DNA of 19,628 bases from an uncultured Actinomycetes bacterium (GCA_963841735.1 CAWJDT010000008.1:1-19628); one strand, 5' to 3'; numbered from the stretch's first letter, positions 1-8,447 are shown. The notes: generated by a model from the letters alone, not told the origin. Program-made: numbers and translations.

Positions 1-1
1 A

Positions 2-169
2 GACCTGCGCTGGGAAGAGCTGAGCGGCAGCAAGCCCCCCGCGGCGTACACGCTGGCGACACTCAGCAAGAGACTGAGCCATCTTCATGACGACCCGTGG
101 CGGGGCTACTTCGAGTCGGCAAGCAGCCAAGCCCTGGAACAAGGCAGGGTCGACGGCCCGTCTGTATAA
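2..169 (+). CDS. ligD: 3' end of probable NHEJ DNA ligase D, polymerase/primase domain (partial, runs off the window start)
   Basis: Hand translation of frame 2: DLRWEELSGSKPPAAYTLATLSKRLSHLHDDPWRGYFESASSQALEQGRVDGPSV*. It matches the recalled LigD PolDom C-terminal pattern L-x-W-E-E-L...T...R-L....D-P-W-x-G-Y. Not in the ORF track. Confidence 0.6.
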   Translation, partial: DLRWEELSGSKPPAAYTLATLSKRLSHLHDDPWRGYFESASSQALEQGRVDGPSV

Positions 170-170
170 T
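165..170 (+). promoter_or_regulatory. Candidate sigma70-type -10 box for the NlpC/P60 gene
   Basis: Perfect TATAAT about 70 nt upstream of the start in a GC-rich genome; no convincing -35. Confidence 0.4.
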
Positions 171-239
171 CTAGATAGCAAGACTTGATGGCCGACTAGA
201 ACGAGGCGGCCCAGAAGTCAAAGCGAACCAGGAGAGGTG

Positions 240-1274
240 ATGTCTGGCTACCTGAACGGCAAGCAGACCCGCAACTGGCGTTTCTTAGCAATATTCTTGA
301 TGGCAGGGCTCCTAGGCTTCTTCGTCGCCGACTCAGCGACAGCGTCTACGACAGCCATCGATAGCGCGACAGCCGAACTGCAAGCACTCAGCAACCTGGT
401 CGACCAGTTGAGCGACGAGCTCGACGTTGCGTCCGAAGAGTACAACTACGCCAACCAGCAGTACGAAGACGCCCAGACTGCCGCGGACGAAGCTACCGCC
501 AACCTGAAGCAGGCCGAAGCGGACTTGGTCGCGGCTCGTGAACGTCTCTGCGAGCGCCTGGTGAGCATCTATAAGACGGGCGATATCGGAGCGATCGACG
601 CGCTGCTGAATGCCGAGAGCATCACCGAGGCCCTCAGTCTCATGGACGACTTCCGGTCGCTCGCCCAAGAGGACTCGCGGCTGGTCGAAGAGGTCCAGGG
701 ATACCGAGATCAACAGGCGGAGCTGCAGGCCGAACTCGATGAACAGCTGAAGCAACTCACGGAGTACAAGGCTCAGACGGCGGCAGCACAGGCGAAGGTG
801 CAGGTTCAGCTCGAGAAGCAGCAGCAGGCGCTCAAGGGCAAAGAGACCCAGTTGGCTCAGCTCAAGAAGGCCGAAGCCGAGAGGCAGGCGCGCCTTGCAG
901 AGCAGGCCAGGCAGTATCAGGTCTTCCTGGCCAGCCGGCCCGGTAAGGTCGTGTCCCTCGCCAAGAGCTATCTCGGGGTGCGCTACGTGTGGGCAGGCAG
1001 CAGTCCCAGTGGCTTCGATTGTTCTGGTCTGGTGAAGTATGTGTTCGGCAAGGTGGGGGTCTCACTCCCGCATTCAAGCCGACTGCAGTTCAACTACGGC
1101 ACGCCGGTTTCCAAGAGCAATCTCAGGCCGGGCGACATAGTCTTCTTCTACAGCCCGATCCATCACGTCGGCATCTACATCGGCAACGGGAAGATGATCG
1201 ACGCCACCGGCAACCGCGTGCAGATCAGCAACGTGTTCACCAGCAACTACGTGGGGGCGCGAAGGGTGCTCTGA
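240..1274 (+). CDS. Secreted coiled-coil NlpC/P60 (C40) peptidoglycan endopeptidase, CwlO/RipA-like
   Basis: Signal peptide (WRFLAIFLMAGLLGFFVADSATA), long Q/E/A-rich coiled coil, and a C-terminal YVWAG..GFDCSGL..LPHSS..PGD.VFF..HVGIYIGNGKMIDA domain. SD AGGAGAGG; start is ATG 240 or GTG 237. Confidence 0.93.
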   Translation: MSGYLNGKQTRNWRFLAIFLMAGLLGFFVADSATASTTAIDSATAELQALSNLVDQLSDELDVASEEYNYANQQYEDAQTAADEATANLKQAEADLVAARERLCERLVSIYKTGDIGAIDALLNAESITEALSLMDDFRSLAQEDSRLVEEVQGYRDQQAELQAELDEQLKQLTEYKAQTAAAQAKVQVQLEKQQQALKGKETQLAQLKKAEAERQARLAEQARQYQVFLASRPGKVVSLAKSYLGVRYVWAGSSPSGFDCSGLVKYVFGKVGVSLPHSSRLQFNYGTPVSKSNLRPGDIVFFYSPIHHVGIYIGNGKMIDATGNRVQISNVFTSNYVGARRVL

Positions 1275-1446
1275 TCCGGCGGACCCTTCAGGCGCCCGCG
1301 GTGCGGACCCCTGTCCCAAAGAAGCGGCGCGTGGACGGCAGAAGGGCGAGTGTCAACACCGCCACTCCGAGAACACCCATGATCACCTGGAGCGTCAGAC
1401 AGAGGCAGGTCGCCTGCTAGAACGCTTGTCGGAGACGCCACCCACC

Positions 1447-1968
1447 TCAACTCACCTTCCTTCCGAGCCCGTCACGCGCGGAAGCAAGGGCGCGGGCCAG
1501 CTCTTCCGGCCTCTGCGACCCGACCATTACCTTGCGCCCATCGCCGAGCACCAACTGCACGCCGCGATTCCCACTGGCGTTGTAGGCCACGTTACGTGTC
1601 GACCAGCCCTTGATGCCCCAACCTCCGTACTCTTTGATGGGGTTGTAGGTACGCACTGAAGCCTCGCGGATGTCGGCAAGGCAGATGGTCCTGCGTCCCA
1701 AGGGCCTGAAGCTGATGATCAACTGCTCCGTCGTGACCTTCGTGAGCAATCTGATGTTCCAGAAGAGCAGCGGCAACCCCACACCCGACATCGCCCACAC
1801 CAGCCAACCCGCCCAGTCGGGCATGGGCTCATCGCCCAGCGGCTGCCCCAGTATCAATTGTTGTACCAACAGCCACCAGCCAAGCGCACCAACGCCCAGC
1901 ACGATGATCCACACCCACCACTGACGGAACCGCTGCTCTTCGCGATAGGTGACATCCGTCTTACTCAT
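1447..1968 (-). CDS. DUF6141-like membrane protein (two TM helices plus PH-like domain)
   Basis: YREEQRFRQWWVW N-terminus, two hydrophobic helices, and the RTYNPIKEYGGWGI..AYNASGNRGVQL..VGSQRPEEL motif; SD AAGGAG. Confidence 0.8.
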   Translation of the reverse strand: MSKTDVTYREEQRFRQWWVWIIVLGVGALGWWLLVQQLILGQPLGDEPMPDWAGWLVWAMSGVGLPLLFWNIRLLTKVTTEQLIISFRPLGRRTICLADIREASVRTYNPIKEYGGWGIKGWSTRNVAYNASGNRGVQLVLGDGRKVMVGSQRPEELARALASARDGLGRKVS

Positions 1969-2001
1969 CTGCTCTCCTTGTCCGCGTCACAACCCTGTCG
2001 G

Positions 2002-2442
2002 TCACCCCTCGGGCTCCGGGGGCATCTCCATCGCCGCCAATATGTCGCGCAGTTGCTCCAGTTGCGCATCACTCAAGCGCTCCAACATCACCCGCCCTTT
2101 GGCGAGGACTATCGACCCCACTTCTTCTATCAAAGCCGCGCCTTTATCGGTGACCGTGAGCAGTCGCACGCGCCGGTCCACGGGGTCTTCGTTCCGCTCC
2201 ACCAGACCCCGGTCGACCAGTCGCTGGACTATCCCGGTGGCCACGTTGGCTTTCACACCCAGCGCCTCAGCTACCCTGCTGACCGCCACTTGCCCGCGGC
2301 CGAACACCACCGAGAACGCTCGAAGCTGCTGTAGGGTCAGGTCGTAGTCGAGAAGCGACACCGTCTCCTCGGGCAGACCGCCCGCGAGCAGACGCATCTC
2401 GAGAGCGCCGATGTCTTTTAGCAGCCGGTCACGATGGCTCAC
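2002..2442 (-). CDS. MarR family transcriptional regulator
   Basis: LTLQQL..VAEALGVKANVATGIVQRLVDRGLVERNEDPVDRRVRLLTVTDKG: winged HTH with the DxR motif. GTG start with SD GAGGTG. Confidence 0.93.
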   Translation of the reverse strand: MSHRDRLLKDIGALEMRLLAGGLPEETVSLLDYDLTLQQLRAFSVVFGRGQVAVSRVAEALGVKANVATGIVQRLVDRGLVERNEDPVDRRVRLLTVTDKGAALIEEVGSIVLAKGRVMLERLSDAQLEQLRDILAAMEMPPEPEG

Positions 2443-2463
2443 AGTGCTTCACCTCAGGCGAAT

Positions 2464-2485
2464 AATCTATGACGCGTGCTATACT
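2464..2485. promoter_or_regulatory. Closely spaced divergent -10 elements of the marR and HAE3 transporter genes
   Basis: Plus strand has extended -10 TGcTATACT (2477-2485); minus strand has TAGATT (2464-2469) ahead of the marR SD. Confidence 0.5.
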
Positions 2486-2533
2486 ACGCCCCTCCGTCTC
2501 CTATCGATACTCGCACAAAAAAGGACCACATAG

Positions 2534-4780
2534 GTGAGGCTTAGGCAACTGATCATCAGAGCCATCGAGCGTCGAACTATCGTCCTCTTGCTGTTGGCGC
2601 TCGCCTTGTCAGGCCTGGCGGGCTGGAGCATCACCAAGACGACCATCGTGACCTCGCAGGACGCGTTCATCTCCACGGACAGTGAGGCATACCGCGGTTT
2701 CGAGGAGTACGGGCGGGCCTTCGGTGGGGACGCGCTCATCGTCCTCATACCGGGAGCGCCTCTGGACTTCGCGACACCCGAGGCTCTCGAAGGGTTCGCC
2801 CGGTTGGACAAGGCCCTCAGCGTCGATCCCCGTGTACTCTCTGTGATCGGTCCCACCACCCTGTTCGCGGCCGCGGCCGGGCAGGCAGGGGTCGACCGCG
2901 GTTCACCCGCCGCTGCCTTGGAGCTCGCGATGCAAGACGAGGCTCTGCTGGCTGAGTTGGCCCGCTTCTTTCCCGCTGGCCACGCGCTGGTAATAGTCCG
3001 CCTAGCAGGCGCGTTGAGCACAGACGAACAGGCGGCTGCCGCCACTTTCGTCAGCGACACGGTGGCCGCCGACCCGTTCTCTTCCCAAGCCATCGTGGCC
3101 GGCAATCCCCGCTTGATGGGGGACATCAAACAAGCGATCTTCTCTGGTCTCGCTCAGTCGGGGGCTATAGCGGTCGTGCTCATGATCTTGGTGCTTTTCC
3201 TCGCCTTTCCAGCTCGTTGGCGGTTGCTCTCACTGCCACTGGTACTTCTCGGCGTCCTGTGGACTTTCGGGATCGCGGCCGTCGCTCATGTGCCCCTGAC
3301 CCTGGTCACACTCGCCGGTCTGCCCATACTCATCGGCCTGGGGGTCGACTTCGGAGTCCAGTTCCACAACCGATACGAGGAGGAGATGAGACAGGGCCAG
3401 GATCCTCACAGTGCCCTGACCGCGGCGGTCTCCCACATAGCCCCCACGGTAGGCGTCGCTGTCGCGGTCATGATCCTCGGCTTCTTGACCCTGTTGATGT
3501 CTGCCGTCCCCGGGGTACGCGACTTCGGCGTCCTGCTCGCGATCGGAGCCGCTGTCCTGTTCGTTGTGTCCTTGTTCGTGCTCAACGCCTTCCTTCGCCG
3601 TTTCGACCGCCGGCCTCGGCTGCTGGGGGAAGCCGGCCCCGACGAAGGTCGTTGGAGACGCCTTCTGGAGAGAGACTGGCTCTATCTGGGGCGAACGCTC
3701 CCCCATGCCGCTCGGTGGTCACGACGGTTCTCGATACCGGTCATGACTGTCGCCGTGATCTTCGCCGTCCTGGGGTTGGTCGCAGACCGGGACCTCCCCG
3801 TCCAGACCGACATCGAGAAGCTCATCCCCTCAGACACGCCCGGCGTGGTAGCACTGAACCAGGCCCGAGCCATCGTTGGCAGCACTGTCGACCTGCCCTT
3901 CCTGGTGAAGGCTCCAGACGTGACCGCCCCGGAGTTCCTGGAGTGGCTGGCCGGCCTCCAGGCAGACATCATGGCCTCCAGCGCCGAGGTCACCGGCGCA
4001 GACAGTCTCGCCTCAGCCGTGGGCCTGCAGCCAGGAGGCCCCCCGCCTTCGTCGGAGGCCGTCCAGGAGAAGCTGGACGCGTTGCCGGCGCCGATACGCG
4101 AGGGTCTTGTCACTGCCGACAGGTCTGCTGCGTCGCTGACGTTCAGCCTGAGAGAGATGCGCACGGACACCATCAACGATCTTATCGACCAGATTGGAAG
4201 TTGCGACGACATCCCGGCGGGCGTCACTTTGACGCCTGGTGGCTTGACCACGCTGACCGCCAGGACCGTCCAAGCGTTCACAGTCAGACGAGGAGTCATA
4301 GAGATCACCGGCATCCTCGCGGTGCTCTTTGGACTCCTTCTGATCTACAGAGACTGGCGGCGAGCCCTCGTCGCAGTCGTACCCATCGCCCTCGTCACAG
4401 GGTGGTCTTCAGCGTTCATGTGGGTCACCGGGGTAGATCTCAATCCGCTCACTGCCGTGCTGGGTGCACTGGTCATAGCAGTGGGCACCGAGTTCACCGT
4501 ACTCCTACTGGCGCGCTACTGGGAGGAGCGCGCCAAAGGCACAGGCCGTGACATGGCCATGGACCAAGCTGTCGCCAGGGTCGGCAAAGCCATCGCCGCT
4601 TCCGGCCTCACGGTCGCGGCCGGGTTCGGCGCGCTTGTCTTCTCGAAGTTCCCCGCGTTGCGGGACTTCGGGATAGTGGTGGTGGTAGATGTGGTCTTCG
4701 CCCTAGTGGCGACCGTCACCGTGGTGCCCGCCCTGATGCGCTGGCTCGACCGCGGCAGACTGCCTAGTCGTTCAGGATGA
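2534..4780 (+). CDS. RND-superfamily MMPL / hydrophobe-amphiphile efflux-3 (HAE3) transporter
   Basis: 748 aa with two repeats of TM1, extracytoplasmic loop and 5 TM; motifs IGLGVDFGVQFHNRYEEE and AVGTEFTVLLLARYWEER, each followed by GF..L..S..P..RDFG. Confidence 0.9.
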   Translation: MRLRQLIIRAIERRTIVLLLLALALSGLAGWSITKTTIVTSQDAFISTDSEAYRGFEEYGRAFGGDALIVLIPGAPLDFATPEALEGFARLDKALSVDPRVLSVIGPTTLFAAAAGQAGVDRGSPAAALELAMQDEALLAELARFFPAGHALVIVRLAGALSTDEQAAAATFVSDTVAADPFSSQAIVAGNPRLMGDIKQAIFSGLAQSGAIAVVLMILVLFLAFPARWRLLSLPLVLLGVLWTFGIAAVAHVPLTLVTLAGLPILIGLGVDFGVQFHNRYEEEMRQGQDPHSALTAAVSHIAPTVGVAVAVMILGFLTLLMSAVPGVRDFGVLLAIGAAVLFVVSLFVLNAFLRRFDRRPRLLGEAGPDEGRWRRLLERDWLYLGRTLPHAARWSRRFSIPVMTVAVIFAVLGLVADRDLPVQTDIEKLIPSDTPGVVALNQARAIVGSTVDLPFLVKAPDVTAPEFLEWLAGLQADIMASSAEVTGADSLASAVGLQPGGPPPSSEAVQEKLDALPAPIREGLVTADRSAASLTFSLREMRTDTINDLIDQIGSCDDIPAGVTLTPGGLTTLTARTVQAFTVRRGVIEITGILAVLFGLLLIYRDWRRALVAVVPIALVTGWSSAFMWVTGVDLNPLTAVLGALVIAVGTEFTVLLLARYWEERAKGTGRDMAMDQAVARVGKAIAASGLTVAAGFGALVFSKFPALRDFGIVVVVDVVFALVATVTVVPALMRWLDRGRLPSRSG

Positions 4781-4967
4781 AGGTGACCTTCATCTGCACC
4801 CGGTACTCGGTGATCTTGCCATCCTCGACCAAGACCTCCTTGTTCTCTATCCACGCCGACTTGACGTTCATGAGCGTCTTGTTCGCCCTCTCGATTCCCA
4901 CTTTCATCGCATCATCGAAACTCTTGGGCGAAGCCGCCTTGATCTCGGTCACTCGCGCTATGGACAT
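4764..4967 (-). CDS. Dodecin (small flavin-binding protein), 67 aa
   Basis: MSIARVTEIKAASPKSFDDAMKVGIERANKTLMNVKSAWI...ITEYRVQMKVTFIL; SD AAAGGGG before ATG 4967. The ORF track's N-terminal extension is not needed. Confidence 0.92.
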   Translation of the reverse strand: MSIARVTEIKAASPKSFDDAMKVGIERANKTLMNVKSAWIENKEVLVEDGKITEYRVQMKVTFILND

Positions 4968-4998
4968 GATGCACCCCTTTCTTACTTCACTCGGCCCA

Positions 4999-5826
4999 CT
5001 ATGAATCTGACGACTTGGCCGCCGGCGGCTGCTGGTCAGCTTGTTGCGCGCTCGCCGACTCCGAGACCTTCGCCTGCGACCCGCTGCTCTGCGGAGCCTG
5101 CGGGCTCGTCTCCTGCGACGCGGTCTGCGATGCGCCACCCTTAGGAGGCTGCGGAGTCGCCGACTTCCGAGCGCCGAGTACTATCAACAGGATGCCGAGG
5201 CCCAATAGGATCACGCCGCCGACCGTGATGCCTATGCCGATGGGCAACAGGATGTCGAAGCGGGCGCCGAGGCCGACATCTGCCCGAACAGGCGCAGAAC
5301 CGTCAGCGTTCATGACCACGGCGGTCCAATTGCCGTCGACGATATCCCAATCAAGGGTCAGGGTGCCCGCACCTTCTTGTTCAGCCACCCAGAAGTCCTG
5401 GTCGCCGGGAGGTGTGGCCGGCATGCTGCCGTCCATGTGCCGGTACTTCACCGAACTCCAACCCCAGCCGAAGTCAGTGACCTCGTCGTAGTCCACCCCA
5501 TCGAGATAACGGGACACGTCACTGCTCGGCCCGATGCCGACGAACAACTGCTCTCCGGCGGTCGCCTCGGCAGCGATGCGGATGGCCGCTCTGCCCCCTG
5601 TCGGCAACCAGCGGCCGGCCAACGGCCCCATGTTGAGCTCCACATCGGGGGTGACCAGAGCTGATCCGTTGGTGGACAGCACGCGGCTCGACGTTTGGAA
5701 GAAGCCATCACTGTCGCGCTGCGTGCCGTAATAGCCCAGAAGGACCCCGCCCGGCACCAGGAGCGCCAGCGCGAGAAGCACGACCAGGATACCCACCACC
5801 AAAGCTACGACCTTGCCTGCACGCAT
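4999..5826 (-). CDS. Membrane protein with two TM helices and an extracytoplasmic beta-rich domain (resembles the N-terminal region of actinobacterial DUF4389 proteins)
   Basis: N-terminal TM, then QRDSDGFF..LFVGIGP..DV..YL.GV...PP..QDFWVA..G.GT.TL.W...GNWT.VVMNADGS, a second TM and a Q/S/A-rich tail; SD GAGGAGG. Confidence 0.75.
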   Translation of the reverse strand: MRAGKVVALVVGILVVLLALALLVPGGVLLGYYGTQRDSDGFFQTSSRVLSTNGSALVTPDVELNMGPLAGRWLPTGGRAAIRIAAEATAGEQLFVGIGPSSDVSRYLDGVDYDEVTDFGWGWSSVKYRHMDGSMPATPPGDQDFWVAEQEGAGTLTLDWDIVDGNWTAVVMNADGSAPVRADVGLGARFDILLPIGIGITVGGVILLGLGILLIVLGARKSATPQPPKGGASQTASQETSPQAPQSSGSQAKVSESASAQQADQQPPAAKSSDS

Positions 5827-5880
5827 CTCGGCCTCCTCTACCTAAGTCGATCCTGACGTCCTCATGAGACGGATTGGGTT

Positions 5881-5906
5881 CTACCCTTGGAAGGCTTGGT
5901 ATATGC
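5881..5906 (-). promoter_or_regulatory. Candidate SigB/SigF-family promoter for the 5826 gene and dodecin
   Basis: Minus strand GCATA-N15-GGGTAG. Confidence 0.35.
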
Positions 5907-5944
5907 GTTGGGCGTCGTCCGCCGGCTGCGATATGGTGGAGAGT

Positions 5945-6301
5945 ATGAAAGAAGACCTCGACACACCATCCTCGGGCGGCCCATCGCGCCGAAAAGAGAA
6001 CTCCCAGGCCAAGACGTCAGGCCCGGGCTCCCAGGCCCGTTTGGACGCCGACCCGGCCGCCGACTCGTTCGAGCAGCTGTCGCTGGACTCTACGGTCGTC
6101 GGGCCGGGCATGCGCAGCGAAGACCACTATGAGCGCGGAGACCGACTGAAGATCAAGGGTGAACGGGGAGTCTTCATCTACAAACACGCGAGCATCAGCA
6201 GATCTGGCCTGGTCAGTCTCCACCTGTCCGGAGCTGATGGCTCGCGGGCGGTGAGACCCGACCAGGTCTTGCCCATACGCAAGCGGTCGAAACGGTTCTA
6301 A
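5945..6301 (+). CDS. Hypothetical protein: disordered N-terminus plus small beta-barrel/SH3-like C-terminal domain
   Basis: 118 aa from ATG 5945. The C-terminal GDRLKIKGERGVFIY...VSLHL..RAVRPDQV has an alternating strand pattern. It stops 11 nt before the nitroreductase start. Confidence 0.7.
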   Translation: MKEDLDTPSSGGPSRRKENSQAKTSGPGSQARLDADPAADSFEQLSLDSTVVGPGMRSEDHYERGDRLKIKGERGVFIYKHASISRSGLVSLHLSGADGSRAVRPDQVLPIRKRSKRF

Positions 6302-6312
6302 AGGAGGGCGAG

Positions 6313-7008
6313 ATGGACTACGAAGGACTACTCGAACTGGTGAAGAGCCGCAGAAGCATCCGCGCCTTCACCGATCAGCCCGTCTCTGATGAGGTGGTCA
6401 CGAAGGTCGTCGAGGCGGCCCGCTGGGCACCGTCGGGCGCCAACTCGCAGCCCTGGGAGTTCATCGTCATCCGCGACCAGGCCACCAAGGATCAGATGGC
6501 CCAGTGGGGCAGGCAGCATCAAGAGCTCGTGCACGAGGCCGAGATGACCCGGCCCGAAGAGCTCCGCTGGCCATCGGCCGCGCGCCCCGTCAGTGACCCG
6601 GGCTTCAAGAACACCCCGGTGCTCATCCTAGCTGTCGGTGACCCAAGGGTCAGCCGGTCGTTCCCTCTGCTGACGTACATCGAGCGGGGCGACATGAACT
6701 TCATCTCGGGTCTTGCGAGCGCCTTTCTGTGTATGACCTTGGCCGCCACCAGCCTGGGTCTGGGCTGCCATTGGACAAGCATGGTGGCCGCGACGTATCC
6801 GTCGGCCAGGATCGCCGCTTTTCTGGGCATACCTGATGGGTACCACATATACGACATGCTCGGTCTGGGCTACCCGGCCATGGAGCCCAAGCCGCGAGCG
6901 GTGCGAGAGCTCGAGGCTCTCACCCATCACGAGCGCTACGATCCGAACAAGTACCGCACCGATGAGCAGATAAGGGAGTGGCTGGTGAGCCTGCGTCGGC
7001 AGCACTGA
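6313..7008 (+). CDS. Nitroreductase family (FMN-dependent) protein
   Basis: RRSIRAF..V...VVEAARWAPSGANSQPWEFIVI and LAATSLGLGCHW..LGIP...LGLGYP motifs; SD AAGGAGG. Confidence 0.93.
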   Translation: MDYEGLLELVKSRRSIRAFTDQPVSDEVVTKVVEAARWAPSGANSQPWEFIVIRDQATKDQMAQWGRQHQELVHEAEMTRPEELRWPSAARPVSDPGFKNTPVLILAVGDPRVSRSFPLLTYIERGDMNFISGLASAFLCMTLAATSLGLGCHWTSMVAATYPSARIAAFLGIPDGYHIYDMLGLGYPAMEPKPRAVRELEALTHHERYDPNKYRTDEQIREWLVSLRRQH

Positions 7009-7114
7009 GAGAGCTGGGCGACAAAGGAGCGAAACCGGAGCCGGGAGGATAGCCATAGCGGCGCACGGCGTATCATTGAAGCCGACGACCACGGAGAGGC
7101 AGGCGAGTGACCTC

Positions 7115-8374
7115 ATGACCAAGAAGAACGCCTTCTATGCACAGTCGGGCGGCGTGAGCGCAGTGATCAACGCGTCCGCATGCGGGGTCATCCAGACCGC
7201 CCGCGCCAACGCCGATAATATCGGCGCGGTGTTGGCCGGCCGCAACGGCATCATAGGGGCTCTGACCGAAGACCTCATCGACACCGTGCACGAGTCTGCC
7301 GCTGATATCGCCGCGCTGCGTCACACCCCTGCGGGAGCCTTCGGGTCGTGTCGCTACAAGCTCAAGAGCCTGGAAGACAGCAGGCGCGAATACGAGCGGC
7401 TGATCAAAGTCTTCGAGGCCCACGACATCGGCTACTTCTTCTACAACGGTGGCGGTGATTCCGCCGACACCTGCCTGAAGGTCTCACAACTCGCGGGGAC
7501 CATGGGCGTGCCCATCCAAGCGATACATGTGCCCAAGACCGTGGACAACGACCTCCCCGTCACCGACAACTGTCCGGGCTTCGGGTCGGTGGCCAAGTAC
7601 ATCGCCGTGTCTGCCCGCGAAGCGAGCTTCGACGTCCGCTCCATGGCGGCGACATCCACCAAGGTCTTCGTGCTGGAGGTCATGGGCCGTCACGCCGGCT
7701 GGATAGCCGCGGCCGGCGGCCTCGCCTCCGACGCCGAGACAGAGATACCGGTGGTCATCCTGTTCCCAGAGGTCGCATTCGACAGGCAGCGGTTCATCAC
7801 AAAGGTCGACTCGCTGGTCAAGGAGCATGGCTTCTGCACCGTCGTGGTCTCAGAAGGCGTCAAGGGTGACAACGGTAAGTTCCTCGCGGACCAAGGCTCT
7901 ACTGATGCGTTCGGCCACGCGCAGTTGGGCGGCGTGGGGCCGGTGGTGGCCAATATCGTGAGGGAGAGCCTGGGGCTCAAGTACCACTGGGCCGTGGCCG
8001 ACTACCTGCAGCGCTCGGCCCGTCACATCGCGTCCAAGACCGACGTTGAACAAGCATACGCGGTGGGTCGAGCGGCGGTGGAGATGGCGCTCGCGGGCAA
8101 GAACTCGGTGATGCCGGCGATCGCCCGCACGGCCTCCGACCCTTACGCTTGGGAGATAGGCGAAGCTGCGCTGTCTGAAGTGGCCAATGTCGAGAAGAAG
8201 ATGCCGGCGGAGTTCATCAGCGCGGACGGCTTCGGCATAACCCCAGCCTGCCGGGAGTATCTGATCCCACTGATCCAAGGGGAGTCCTACCCACCCTACA
8301 AGGATGGACTGCCCGACTATGTGACGCTCAAGAACGTGGCCGTGCCGAAAAGACTGCCAGCGTTCGAGCTCTAG
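7115..8374 (+). CDS. pfp: Pyrophosphate-dependent 6-phosphofructokinase (PPi--fructose-6-phosphate 1-phosphotransferase)
   Basis: YAQSGG..VINAS, NGGGDS (Asp typical of PPi use), PKTVDND (Lys typical of PPi use), EVMGRHAGW, VVVSEG, DAFGH.QLGG, YLQR motifs; ATG 7115. Confidence 0.92.
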   Translation: MTKKNAFYAQSGGVSAVINASACGVIQTARANADNIGAVLAGRNGIIGALTEDLIDTVHESAADIAALRHTPAGAFGSCRYKLKSLEDSRREYERLIKVFEAHDIGYFFYNGGGDSADTCLKVSQLAGTMGVPIQAIHVPKTVDNDLPVTDNCPGFGSVAKYIAVSAREASFDVRSMAATSTKVFVLEVMGRHAGWIAAAGGLASDAETEIPVVILFPEVAFDRQRFITKVDSLVKEHGFCTVVVSEGVKGDNGKFLADQGSTDAFGHAQLGGVGPVVANIVRESLGLKYHWAVADYLQRSARHIASKTDVEQAYAVGRAAVEMALAGKNSVMPAIARTASDPYAWEIGEAALSEVANVEKKMPAEFISADGFGITPACREYLIPLIQGESYPPYKDGLPDYVTLKNVAVPKRLPAFEL

Positions 8375-8388
8375 ACCCTCAGAAATAG

Positions 8389-8423
8389 CGAGGCGACGGG
8401 CAGGTACCCTGCCCGTCGCCTCG
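8389..8423. terminator. Strong hairpin, probable bidirectional terminator between convergent pfp and rhodanese genes
   Basis: Perfect 16-bp inverted repeat CGAGGCGACGGGCAGG-tac-CCTGCCCGTCGCCTCG. Confidence 0.8.
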
Positions 8424-8447
8424 ACATCTCACCGAAGTCGTCTTCTC

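Noticed and set aside
3217-4551. Long alternative-frame ORF (444 aa) and similar shadow ORFs (e.g. 18208-19473, 14090-14947, 9219-9923)
   Set aside because: They overlap well-supported genes and have R/P/G-rich composition typical of off-frame ORFs in high-GC DNA.
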